Of a DNA stretch of 64,000 bases, positions 50,903-59,842 are shown in pieces. A program made the translations under genes and the position numbers. Where the stretch lies: NCBI GenBank assembly GCA_944388135.1, contig CALXHP010000005.1:2812-66811 (forward strand), given 5' to 3'. Origin of the DNA: an uncultured Gemmiger sp. (GTDB lineage Bacteria > Bacillota > Clostridia > Oscillospirales > Ruminococcaceae). Each line of letters starts with the position of its first letter. Position 1 is the first letter of the stretch. Below the pieces are notes generated by a model. The model was not told the DNA's origin, made no database searches, and was given only the letters and a program-made list of their open reading frames with translations.

Positions 50903-52431
50903 GCGCTCCTTTTGTGTTTGAGTTTCTGCCAGATGCCGGCGGCGTACCGGCGCAGATAGGCGGCATCGCTGCCCCAGCCGTAGACCAGCAGGTTCAGCAG
51001 GTTGGGCAGGGCACAGACGATCACCGCCCGGGGCACAAGGCCCAGCCAGCCGCCCAGGGGCACCGCCTCGCAGACCGCCCAGGTGCCCCCCATGCAGGCG
51101 GCCAGGGTGACGAGATGGAGGGCCTGAGCCCGGAGATAATGGCCCAGGCTGCCCTGCATATACCGGCGGAACACCACCAGGATACGCCCCGCCCACATGA
51201 TGCAGTGGGCCACCACGGTGGCGATGAGGGCACCGGTGATGTCGAACAGGGGGAAGAGGGCGAAGCTGAGGATGAGGTTGACGGCGGCGGAAGCCACCAT
51301 GAACCACTGGTCCTGTTCAAAGTGGCCCAGCACCGCCCGGTAGGAGCCCAGCATCCGGTGGTTCCAGCCCACATATTCGTTGAGGCAGAAGACCAGCACA
51401 AAGCCCAGGGGAAGCAGCCAGTCCTCCCCCATCCAGGCGGCCATGAAGGGCTGGAAAAGGCAGAAGTAGGCGGTGGCCACAAAGCTGGCAAAGAGGTAGC
51501 TGAAGAGGTCCATTCCCCAGAACACCTGTTTGTCGTGGTCGTTGGCGGCGGCGGATTTGTCGTAGACGATGTTGCCGATGGCAGCGGCAAAGCTGTCCAT
51601 GATCTTGTTGCCCAGGTCGGTGGCGCTGGTGGAGATATTGGTATAGTTGCCCAGCAGGGTGGTCTGGGTAGAGCCGCCCATCCGGGAGGTGACGATGGTA
51701 TCCGACGAGCCGTAGATGGTGTTGGAGAGCCGGTGGACCAGATAGTACCGCAGGTCGTGGAAGATGCCCAGTTCCTTGAAATCCCGCAGGCTGACCTTCA
51801 CATCCCGGACATAGGGGAAATCCTTGCGGAACCGCCGGGCGATGACCAGGTTGGCGCAGACATTGCAGACGATGGCCACGCTGAAATAGAGCACATAGTT
51901 GGGGAACCAGAGGGAGACGGCGATCTTGGCCAGGGAGGTAAGGACATTGAAGCAGAAGTCGATGCGGGTGCACAGATACCCCTGCTGGGTGCAGGTGTAC
52001 ATGAGCCGCCGGGTGACCAGGAAGTAGCTGCACAGGGTGGACACCACGTTGAGGCCGTACACCGTGTAGCCGGTGACCAGGGGCACATCGGGCATGATCC
52101 AGGGCAGGGCGGCGGCCCCCAGCAGGGCCAGCACCGCGATGGCCAGGCCCACCGCCCGGTAGGCCCACTTGTACATCGACATGTATTTGCTGATCTTGTC
52201 GGCATTTTTGGCGGCGATCTGTTCATACAGCCGGTAGCTGATGACGCTGCCCACCCCGAACTCGGCGATGGAGAAGAAGTTGAACAGCTGGGTGACCACC
52301 TGGGAGGCGGTGCTGATCTGGGTACCGAAGTTGTAGACCAGCAGCCGCCGGGTGACCAGCCCCAGCAGGAGCAGCAGCAGGCTGGAGCCCACCGCATAAG
52401 CCATATTGATAAGGGTACGTCTGGTACGCAA
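50899..52431 (-). CDS. wzx: Wzx-type oligosaccharide flippase
   Basis: About 13 TM segments of MOP-superfamily type, with RTRRTLIN, AEFGVG and SDTIVTS..G...LGNY. Confidence 0.8.
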   Translation of the reverse strand: MRTRRTLINMAYAVGSSLLLLLLGLVTRRLLVYNFGTQISTASQVVTQLFNFFSIAEFGVGSVISYRLYEQIAAKNADKISKYMSMYKWAYRAVGLAIAVLALLGAAALPWIMPDVPLVTGYTVYGLNVVSTLCSYFLVTRRLMYTCTQQGYLCTRIDFCFNVLTSLAKIAVSLWFPNYVLYFSVAIVCNVCANLVIARRFRKDFPYVRDVKVSLRDFKELGIFHDLRYYLVHRLSNTIYGSSDTIVTSRMGGSTQTTLLGNYTNISTSATDLGNKIMDSFAAAIGNIVYDKSAAANDHDKQVFWGMDLFSYLFASFVATAYFCLFQPFMAAWMGEDWLLPLGFVLVFCLNEYVGWNHRMLGSYRAVLGHFEQDQWFMVASAAVNLILSFALFPLFDITGALIATVVAHCIMWAGRILVVFRRYMQGSLGHYLRAQALHLVTLAACMGGTWAVCEAVPLGGWLGLVPRAVIVCALPNLLNLLVYGWGSDAAYLRRYAAGIWQKLKHKRSA

Positions 52432-52437
52432 AACAGG

Positions 52438-53436
52438 TTATCCTTTCTTGCGGCGGGCTGCCAGCCAGAGGGTGAAACGGGGGCCGAACAGCCGCATCAT
52501 GGTGCGGAAGAGCCGCCAGTCCCGGCGGGTGTTTACCTCGGTGCCGTGGGCGTAGAGGGGGCGCAGCTGCCGGATGTACTTGAGGCATTTCCGGCGGATG
52601 GCTGCATCGGGTACGGCGGCGGTGCGGGCCTGGGGCCAGAAGACGTCGGCGGCCGCGTCCTGGATGACGGCGTAGGCCGCGGCGTCCACATGGCCGGCAG
52701 CGGCCATGGCCGCCAGATGCCGCTGGGCCGCCACCAGGGCCTTGAACCGCTTGGGTAGGTTTTTGGCGTCGGTGAGCAGGCTTCCCTGCCGGCCCACCCG
52801 GTAGTGGGTAAAGACCACATCCAGAAAATAGAGGCACTCGCACCGGGTGAGCAGCAGCAGGTCGAAGGGCCAGTCCTCGGCCCAGCGCACATCGGCCCAG
52901 AACTGGAACCGGTGTTCCGCCAGCCAGGACCGGCGCAGGCAGTATTTCCACACCGACCAGTGCCCCGCCCTGTAGAGGGCGTGGAGACGCTGGGCGTAGT
53001 CGCTGCTGTCAAAGGGGCCGGGCAGCAGCCGCATTCCCTCGTGTTCCCGCAAAGTCCCGTCGGGCATCCATTCCAGATGCTTGCCCACAAACCAGTCGTA
53101 GCCGGGGTGGGCGGCCAGTTCCCGCCGCAGCGCCGCCAGCAGCCCCGGGGCCATGGCGTCGTCGCTGTCCAGAAAGAGAATCCACTCCCCGGTGGCGGCC
53201 TTCAGGCCGGTGTTGCGGGCGGCGGCCAGTCCCCCGTTCTGCCGGTGGATGACCCGCATGCCGGGGATCTCGGCGGCAAAGGTGTCGCAGAGCTGGGGGC
53301 CCATGTCGGTGGAACCGTCATCCACCAGGATGCACTCCCAGTCCCGGGGGCCTTCCTGCTCGGCCACGCTCTTGACGCAGGCCGACAGATAGTTCTGCAC
53401 ATTGTACACCGGCACAATGATGGAAAACAGCGGCAT
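52438..53436 (-). CDS. GT2 glycosyltransferase
   Basis: SIIVPVYNV, VDDGSTD, NGGLAAARNTG, FLDSDD and AED. Confidence 0.92.
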   Translation of the reverse strand: MPLFSIIVPVYNVQNYLSACVKSVAEQEGPRDWECILVDDGSTDMGPQLCDTFAAEIPGMRVIHRQNGGLAAARNTGLKAATGEWILFLDSDDAMAPGLLAALRRELAAHPGYDWFVGKHLEWMPDGTLREHEGMRLLPGPFDSSDYAQRLHALYRAGHWSVWKYCLRRSWLAEHRFQFWADVRWAEDWPFDLLLLTRCECLYFLDVVFTHYRVGRQGSLLTDAKNLPKRFKALVAAQRHLAAMAAAGHVDAAAYAVIQDAAADVFWPQARTAAVPDAAIRRKCLKYIRQLRPLYAHGTEVNTRRDWRLFRTMMRLFGPRFTLWLAARRKKG

Positions 53437-53452
53437 GAGAGCCCCCTTTCGG

Positions 53453-54370
53453 TCAGTGGGTTGGGATGCGGTGCCAGTCCGGCTGGTAGAGCGCGGTCTG
53501 TTTGGTGTGGGCATACCACCGGTCGGGGGCCCAGACCTGCCGGCCGGGTTCTGCCAGGTACTGGGCCCACCAGCTGTAGGTGGAGTTGCTGAGGATGAAT
53601 CCCCGGCAGAGGGCCATAAGGCTCATATCCCCCACGGCGCTGCCCCGGGGCATAAAGACGACGGGCAGCCCCGCAGTGTCCAGATGTTCCCGGGCCCACC
53701 CGATGTCATCGGAAAAGACAAAGAGGGTGGCTTCCGGGTGGGCGGCTGCGGCGGCCGCGGCGGCCCGGGCGTAGTAGGCGGGGGTGCAGACCTGCAAAAT
53801 CTCGTTTTCCGGCTTGCAGTAGTCCCCCCGGCGCAGATGGAGCGCCACCGGCCAGGCGGCAGCCCGGATGGCTTCCGCCTCCGCCCCCGCCGGCGGGTCC
53901 TTGGGGCGCAGTTCCGCCCGGATGGTATCGGCAAAATCCTCAAAATAGGCTTCCCCCTGGAAATACCCCCAGGCCAGAAAGTCCTTGGCGGGGCCCCGGC
54001 GCACCGGCACATAGCCGTCGGTGGCAAAGTGCACCCCCGCCAGGTTCAGCAGCGGGGCGCAGCGGCGTTCCCACCGGTTCCAGTCCCGGGCCAGCAGTCC
54101 CCGGCGCTGCTCGAACTTGATCATCAGCGCCTTGGCGGCGTTCTGCCGGGGCAGATGGGCCTTGGCAAAGCCCGGCTCCGCCAGGATCTTCACCTCGGGC
54201 GAGAGCTGCAGCGCCTCCAGGGCGCAGACCGTATGGGCGGGGGCGCCGTCCCGCCAGTCCTGCCGGTCCAGCAGGGTGACGGGTTCGCCGCAGCGCAGCC
54301 CCAGGGCCCGGGCAAAGGCATAGATGAACATCTGGTTGCCCAGGCCACCGGCCAGTTCGGCGTAGATCAT
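53453..54370 (-). CDS. GT11 alpha-1,2-fucosyltransferase
   Basis: GGLGNQMF, GYFQ, HLRRGDY, FSDDIGW and NSTYSWWA. Confidence 0.93.
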   Translation of the reverse strand: MIYAELAGGLGNQMFIYAFARALGLRCGEPVTLLDRQDWRDGAPAHTVCALEALQLSPEVKILAEPGFAKAHLPRQNAAKALMIKFEQRRGLLARDWNRWERRCAPLLNLAGVHFATDGYVPVRRGPAKDFLAWGYFQGEAYFEDFADTIRAELRPKDPPAGAEAEAIRAAAWPVALHLRRGDYCKPENEILQVCTPAYYARAAAAAAAAHPEATLFVFSDDIGWAREHLDTAGLPVVFMPRGSAVGDMSLMALCRGFILSNSTYSWWAQYLAEPGRQVWAPDRWYAHTKQTALYQPDWHRIPTH

Positions 54371-55473
54371 GGGTTTCCTCCCAGTTGGTCGTAGAGTTGT
54401 TCCATCCGGGCGGCGGCGGTGTGCAGCTCGTACCCGGCGGCGGAAAGTTCCGCCCAGTGGTCGGCATGGTCCCCCCGCCCCGCAATCCGGTTGGCCGTGG
54501 CCGCCCACTCCGTGAGGGGGGCGTCCAGGGGCAGGAAATGGACCAGATCGGTGACGGCGCCGTCATCCGGCACGTTGGTGGAGGCCAGACAGGGCACGCC
54601 GCAGCCCTGGGCTTCCACCAGGGTGACGGGGCTGCCCTCAAAGTTGCTGGGCAGCAGGAAGAGGTCGAAGGCGTTCATGTAGGCGGGCACATCGCTCTGC
54701 ACCCCCGCAAAGATCACCCGGCCAGTCAGGCCGTGACGGGCGGCGGACTGCCGCATGGCCTCCTCCATCTCGCCAGTGCCCACCAGCAGCAGTTTCCAGG
54801 CGGGGTCGGTCCCGGCCAGGGCGGCAAAGACCTCCATCAGGAACAGCGGGTTCTTCTGGTGGTTCAGCCGTCCCACAAAGCCCGCCAGCCGGTCGGTGCC
54901 GGTGATGCCGTACCGGGCCCGGGTGGCGGCCCGTGCGGCGGCGTCGGGGTGAAACCGCCCCTGGTCCACGGCGTTGCAGGCAACGGCAAAGTTGGGCTTG
55001 CGGTCGATATGGTTCCCAAAGACGAACCGCCCCGCCGCCACACCGCAGCCCAGGAAATAATCGGCAAAGAGCTGGTAGACCCCGTGGGCCACCCGCCAGG
55101 TCAGGGTCAGGGGCGGGTAGACGATGTGGCTGTGGACGATGATTTTGGCCCGGGGGCAGAGGACCCGCATCATGGCGCAGACCGGCGCGCCGATCTTGCT
55201 GGCGGTGTGGTAGTGGATGATGTCGTAGTCCTTGTGGCTGCGCAGGTGATGCCACAGCCCCCGGATGCGGTCCTTTTTGTGGTCGGGCACCGGAAAGATG
55301 CGCACGCCCGCGGCTTCCAGGGCGGGGGCGGTGCCGGCCTGGTCGGGGGGACACTGCCCCACAAAGAGGTCCACCTGATACCGGGTGGTGTCCAGGTGGA
55401 GCAGCAGATTCTGCACATACCGCTGTACGCCGCTCTGCACGCCCAGGTGGTTGCTGATCATCAGAATGCGCAT
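54367..55473 (-). CDS. GT4 glycosyltransferase (EpsF/CapH-like)
   Basis: IVHSH, VGRLNHQKN and PSNFEGSPVTLVEAQ (EX7E motif). Confidence 0.9.
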   Translation of the reverse strand: MRILMISNHLGVQSGVQRYVQNLLLHLDTTRYQVDLFVGQCPPDQAGTAPALEAAGVRIFPVPDHKKDRIRGLWHHLRSHKDYDIIHYHTASKIGAPVCAMMRVLCPRAKIIVHSHIVYPPLTLTWRVAHGVYQLFADYFLGCGVAAGRFVFGNHIDRKPNFAVACNAVDQGRFHPDAAARAATRARYGITGTDRLAGFVGRLNHQKNPLFLMEVFAALAGTDPAWKLLLVGTGEMEEAMRQSAARHGLTGRVIFAGVQSDVPAYMNAFDLFLLPSNFEGSPVTLVEAQGCGVPCLASTNVPDDGAVTDLVHFLPLDAPLTEWAATANRIAGRGDHADHWAELSAAGYELHTAAARMEQLYDQLGGNP

Positions 55474-55506
55474 GCCGTCGCCTCGTTTCCTTTCCGAAGA
55501 GTTTTT

Positions 55507-55621
55507 GTTCCTTCTTTGCAAAGAAGGAACCGAAGAAATTCCAAACGAAAATACAAAGGATGGGCGACACACACAGCGCCGCTGTACCCGGCCGGTTGCA
55601 GGGCGGGGATTCATCCCCGCC
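55507..55621. repeat. Second copy of the palindromic REP-like element
   Basis: 55507-55546 is the exact reverse complement of 29139-29178. It is followed by the hairpin GCGGGGATTCATCCCCGC near 55603-55620. Confidence 0.8.
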
Positions 55622-55653
55622 GGGCGGCCTTTCGGTAGCGCGGAGCTGCCGGT

Positions 55654-56559
55654 TTACCAGTAGCTGCCGCCCTCCACCGCTTCCCGGTGGGCGATGCCTT
55701 CCGTCTCCGCCGGGCGGACCCAGGCGTCGTTATAAAGCCCCGAAATCACCGGGTGGTCGTCCCACCGTTTGCCCCGTATGCCGAAGAGCAGCTGGGTGGC
55801 GCCGCTCATCTGGATGGCCACATGGCCGGTGTCCCGGGCGTGGGCGGCCAGGGGCAGGCTGTAGGCCCCTGCCCCGATGATGGCCACCTCATAGTCGGCG
55901 GCGTCCATCTGTTTTTTCATAGCGGCCAGGGCGTCAAACCAGCTGTCGTAGCCGGTCTCCTGCCCCGCCAGTCCCTGCACCGCCCGGATGACGGTCAGGC
56001 TGGCGAAGGCGGGCAGAATGTCGGTGCCGGGAAAGATTGCTTCCCGCCGGGCGTACTGCTTTAAGATAGTCTCCCGGAAGGGGTGGACCACCAGCACTTT
56101 TTTCCCCGCCAGGGCGTTGCTCCAGGGGTTCCGGTGGTAGTAGGGTTCCAGGGCCCGCAGCTTGGTGAAGAGGGTGCCCCGGCAGCCCCGGATCACCTCC
56201 CGCTCGGCCCCCACATCCCACAGCGCCAGCAGGTCGGCGTTCCGGGCGCAGCGGGTATACAGATCGCAGAACCGGTTCAGGGTGTCGTCGTCGGTGGGGA
56301 ACACGCCGGACAGGTTGCGGATGTCCTGCCGGGTGCGGTCGGTGAAATGGCCGTCGTGTGCCAGCTTGTCGGCCACAGTGCGCATCTCGGTGGCGCCGCA
56401 CCGGCCGAAGAGGAAGGGCTCCCCCCGCAGCACCGCGGCCCGGGCCAGGTCGTTGCCTGCCTGGGCTTCCAGCACTTTGACGCCCCGGTATTTCCACCCG
56501 AAGCGCAGCCCCTTGTAGAGGTTGCGGGCGGTTTCCAGCAGCGCGTTATCGTTGTCCAT
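55654..56559 (-). CDS. Uncharacterised glycan-locus protein (possible glycosyltransferase)
   Basis: GRCGATE, GKKVLVVHPF, AIIGAGAYSLPL and GATQLLFGIRGKRWD. Overlaps the upstream GT4. Confidence 0.6.
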   Translation of the reverse strand: MDNDNALLETARNLYKGLRFGWKYRGVKVLEAQAGNDLARAAVLRGEPFLFGRCGATEMRTVADKLAHDGHFTDRTRQDIRNLSGVFPTDDDTLNRFCDLYTRCARNADLLALWDVGAEREVIRGCRGTLFTKLRALEPYYHRNPWSNALAGKKVLVVHPFRETILKQYARREAIFPGTDILPAFASLTVIRAVQGLAGQETGYDSWFDALAAMKKQMDAADYEVAIIGAGAYSLPLAAHARDTGHVAIQMSGATQLLFGIRGKRWDDHPVISGLYNDAWVRPAETEGIAHREAVEGGSYW

Positions 56560-57667
56560 GGGCGGCCTCCCGCTTGTTGGGCAGCAGGGTCAGCGCCAGT
56601 TCGGCACTGTTCTGCCACAGAAAATGTTCGTTGATCCGCCTCTGGGCGGCGGCCCCCATCTCCTCGTTCACCTTGCCCAGGGCGGCGGCCATCTCCTCCA
56701 CCGAGTTGCAGAGGATACCGCTGGTTCCGTCCTCGATGATCAGGTCCGGGCCGGGGGCATGGCGGGCCACCGGCGGGCAGCCCGCATACATGGCTTCCAG
56801 CAGGCTCATGCCGAAGATTTCCTGGTCATTCAGGTTCACAAAGGCGTCGCAGGCGTGGTAGTAGACATGCACCGCCGTGTTGGCCAGCTGGGGGATCAGC
56901 CGGCAGCGGCGGGCAAGGCCCGCTTCTTCCAGGGCGGCGCGCAGGGCGTCCCCCTGGCTGCCCTGGCCGATGATCACCGCCAGCCAGTCGGGGGCGGCCT
57001 GCAGCAGCGGCACCAGGTCCAGCGGCCGCTTGTAGGGGTCCAGCCGCCCCACAAAGACGAGAATTTTGGCCCGGGGGTCCAGCCCCACCGCCCCCCGCAG
57101 CTTGGCCTTTTCGGCGGGCACATCGGGGATGATGGCGGTATCCAGCCCCACCGGCATCAGCCCGGCGCAGGGCACCCCCAGGCTTTCCAGCTCGGCGGCC
57201 ACCGCCGGGGTCTTGGCGTAGGTGGGCGTTTTTTTATAGATGGCCAGGTTGCGGCGCAGCAAAAGGTCCATGATGAACCGCACGGCCCCGTGGGGGGAGG
57301 TGCTTTTCAGCGCCCCCAGCTGGCTGTAGAACAGAATGCCGTGGCGGCGGCAGAACCGGTAGAGGGCGGGCACCCCGGGGGAATTGTCCCCCATCACATG
57401 GACGGCGTCCACCTTTTCCTCCAGCAGGACCTGCCAGCTTTTGAAGAAGGCCTGGGACCCCAGGGCCCGCACCGGCAGGTAGTAGATCTTCACGTTGGGT
57501 TCCGGTTCCTCCACCGTGGGGGCGGCGGCGTCCGGCGCCGGATAGAGCACAATGCCCCGGGCCCCCAGAGCCGCAAAGGCGCGGGCCAGCCCCACTTCCT
57601 GCCGGTTATACAGGCCCTTGCGGCCCGAAGGTCCGCAGTAAAACTGCGGGATGGCGATGGTTTTCAT
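56546..57667 (-). CDS. GT4 glycosyltransferase
   Basis: FVGRLDPYKRP and EIFGMSLLEAM. Confidence 0.9.
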   Translation of the reverse strand: MKTIAIPQFYCGPSGRKGLYNRQEVGLARAFAALGARGIVLYPAPDAAAPTVEEPEPNVKIYYLPVRALGSQAFFKSWQVLLEEKVDAVHVMGDNSPGVPALYRFCRRHGILFYSQLGALKSTSPHGAVRFIMDLLLRRNLAIYKKTPTYAKTPAVAAELESLGVPCAGLMPVGLDTAIIPDVPAEKAKLRGAVGLDPRAKILVFVGRLDPYKRPLDLVPLLQAAPDWLAVIIGQGSQGDALRAALEEAGLARRCRLIPQLANTAVHVYYHACDAFVNLNDQEIFGMSLLEAMYAGCPPVARHAPGPDLIIEDGTSGILCNSVEEMAAALGKVNEEMGAAAQRRINEHFLWQNSAELALTLLPNKREAAHGQR

Positions 57668-58641
57668 GAATTTGTATTCACCTTTGTAAGGTACCGCGCA
57701 TCGATGACTTCCATACGGTCATCGCGGCAGTAGGTGTGGATGCCGATAAGGTCCCTGGGTTCCACCCCCGCAATGCGCACCGCCCTGGGCAGGGCGGCAC
57801 AGAGGGGCACTTCCGAGTTGCCCCGGCGGGCCAGGAATTGCAAATAGACCCCGTAGTCCACCGTGGTACTGACCTGGGTGGGATGGATGACCTGCTCCCC
57901 CAGCACAAAGAGGGGCCCGGCGTTGCGGCTGACCAGATTGTATTCCCGGTGCTGCAGGTTGAAGGCTTCGTCGGGCACCAGTTCAAAGGGTTCGCCGGAA
58001 GGTTCCGGCGGCTCGGTGCCGGGCAGCGGTTCGGGTGGATCGATGGTCTTGCCCAGGGTATACCGGCGCCACCGCACATAGAACTGGTTGTCCGGTTTGG
58101 TCTCGCTGCACAGCAGGGTCAGGGCGGCGGGGGTGCGGTCCACCAGGATGGTATCGCAGAGTTCCGCCCCCACCGGGAACCGCTGTACCAGTTCCCACCC
58201 GGTGGGAAATTCCTTGCAGCGGTAGAGCCGCAGGCTGTGGTCACTGCCGGTCTCGGGGATCATCCAGGTATCCCCGTTCCAGTCAAAAACCATGGGGAAG
58301 GAAAGATGGAAATCCTCCTCCAGGGCCAGCTGCCACTCCCCCGCGGTGCCGTCGTCCAGCAGGTGGCAGACCTCGATGCGGCCCTTGCCGGTGGCCAGGT
58401 CCATGGCTTCGGCAAAGAGGTACCGGCTGGTGTTCCGGCGGTAGAGCAGCGGGTCGGCAAACCAGAACCCTTCCCGCCCCGGCAGCTGGGTGTAGGCCTC
58501 GCCGCCCAGGGCCGGCAGGGGTTCGGTGCCTTCCGCCGTGGGCAGCGGCCGCACGGCGATGGTATAGATCTCTTTTTCGCCCCGCAGTTTGCGCAGCAGC
58601 CGGTCGGGCGGCATGTGCAGGGCACGGTACAGTTGGTTCAT
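57664..58641 (-). CDS. Five-bladed beta-propeller protein (GINT1 N-terminal / GH43-like)
   Basis: FADPLL, LFAE, HLSFPMVF, WMIPET, FPTGW, RNAG and GIHT repeats. Confidence 0.7.
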   Translation of the reverse strand: MNQLYRALHMPPDRLLRKLRGEKEIYTIAVRPLPTAEGTEPLPALGGEAYTQLPGREGFWFADPLLYRRNTSRYLFAEAMDLATGKGRIEVCHLLDDGTAGEWQLALEEDFHLSFPMVFDWNGDTWMIPETGSDHSLRLYRCKEFPTGWELVQRFPVGAELCDTILVDRTPAALTLLCSETKPDNQFYVRWRRYTLGKTIDPPEPLPGTEPPEPSGEPFELVPDEAFNLQHREYNLVSRNAGPLFVLGEQVIHPTQVSTTVDYGVYLQFLARRGNSEVPLCAALPRAVRIAGVEPRDLIGIHTYCRDDRMEVIDARYLTKVNTNS

Positions 58642-59801
58642 CGTTCTTCCTTTGCATATAAGCGCAGCAGGGCGCGGTAGTTTTCTTTTTCACTGTAGGC
58701 GCGGCGGGCCGCGGCGGCAATGGCGTTGCAGTCAAACTGCATGGCACACAGGGCCTTCACCGCACCGGCCAGGGCTTTGGCATCCCCGGGGGCAAACCGC
58801 AGCCCGTCGATGCCGGGGCGCACCGACGCCCCCACGTTGCCCAGGTCGCTGGCCAGCACCGGGGTGCCCAGCAGGTGGGCCTCGGCGGGGACGAGGGCAA
58901 AGCTTTCGTAGCAGAGGCTGGCCGCCACCACCGCCCGGCTTTCCGCCATATGGCGGTGTAGTTCCGCCGGGGTCAGCTGGCCCAGGAAATGCACCTTCGG
59001 CCCGGCCTCTTGCCGGGCCCGGTCCCCCAGGGGTCCCTCCCCCGCCACCAGCAGGTCGGGGGCATCCTCCCCCAGCAGCCGCCAGGCTTCCAGCACGGTG
59101 GGCAGGCCTTTCAGTTCCTCCAGCCGCCCGGCAAACACCATCTGGGGTTTGCGGTCCGCCCAGGGCAGGATCTCCCGGGGTTCCACCCCCACGGGGTTGG
59201 GTTTGACCACCAGCCGGCCGGCGTCAAACATCGGCCGTTCATGGTTGAATTCCAGCAGTTTGCGGCGGTCGAACTCGGTCAGGGCCACCATGGTGACCCC
59301 CCGCCAGGTCCCCAGCCGCCGGTGCAGGGCATAGGCGGCCGCCACCACAGCGGTCTGGAGCAGACTGCCCCGGTAGCACCGGTGGCGCAGCGCACAGGTC
59401 AGGCCGTGATGGGGGCAGTCCTCGCAGACCTTGCCTGCCCGCAGCAGGATACCGTTGGGGCAGAACAGCCGGAAGTTGTGCAGCGTCTGCACCACCGGCA
59501 CCCCGCTTTGTTTGGCGGCCCGCACCACGGCGGGGCTGAGCAGCAGCAGGGTGTTGTGGATGTGGACGGCGTCGGGCTTTTCCCGGGCAATCAGGTCCTT
59601 TACCTCCCGGGCGGCGCGGCGGTTCCAGATGGCATGGAGGGGCAGCAGCAATTTGGCCGGGCCGTGGGCCGCTTCCTCGTTGCTGCGCTCATAGACCACC
59701 ACCTGGTGGCCGTGGCTTTCCAGCAGGGCTCGTTCGGCGGCAAAAACGGCGTCCTCGCCGCCGGGCAGGCGGTAATGGCAGTGGATGAGCAGGATCTTCA
59801 C
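58638..59801 (-). CDS. GT4 glycosyltransferase, first gene of the glycan operon
   Basis: GGEDAV, HIHN, TLHNFRLFCPNG, GRLEELKG and YESFALVPAEA. GTG start after AAGGAGG. Confidence 0.9.
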   Translation of the reverse strand: MKILLIHCHYRLPGGEDAVFAAERALLESHGHQVVVYERSNEEAAHGPAKLLLPLHAIWNRRAAREVKDLIAREKPDAVHIHNTLLLLSPAVVRAAKQSGVPVVQTLHNFRLFCPNGILLRAGKVCEDCPHHGLTCALRHRCYRGSLLQTAVVAAAYALHRRLGTWRGVTMVALTEFDRRKLLEFNHERPMFDAGRLVVKPNPVGVEPREILPWADRKPQMVFAGRLEELKGLPTVLEAWRLLGEDAPDLLVAGEGPLGDRARQEAGPKVHFLGQLTPAELHRHMAESRAVVAASLCYESFALVPAEAHLLGTPVLASDLGNVGASVRPGIDGLRFAPGDAKALAGAVKALCAMQFDCNAIAAAARRAYSEKENYRALLRLYAKEER

Positions 59802-59842
59802 GCCGTTTTTCCTCCTTTTTGCGACAATTCACCTATTTTGCT

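Noticed and set aside
50903-51307. N-terminal extension of the GT6 ORF (418 aa version in the ORF track)
   Set aside because: It overlaps wzx in another frame and is low-complexity. The real start is ATG 50902 with an AAGGAG RBS and an ATGA overlap.
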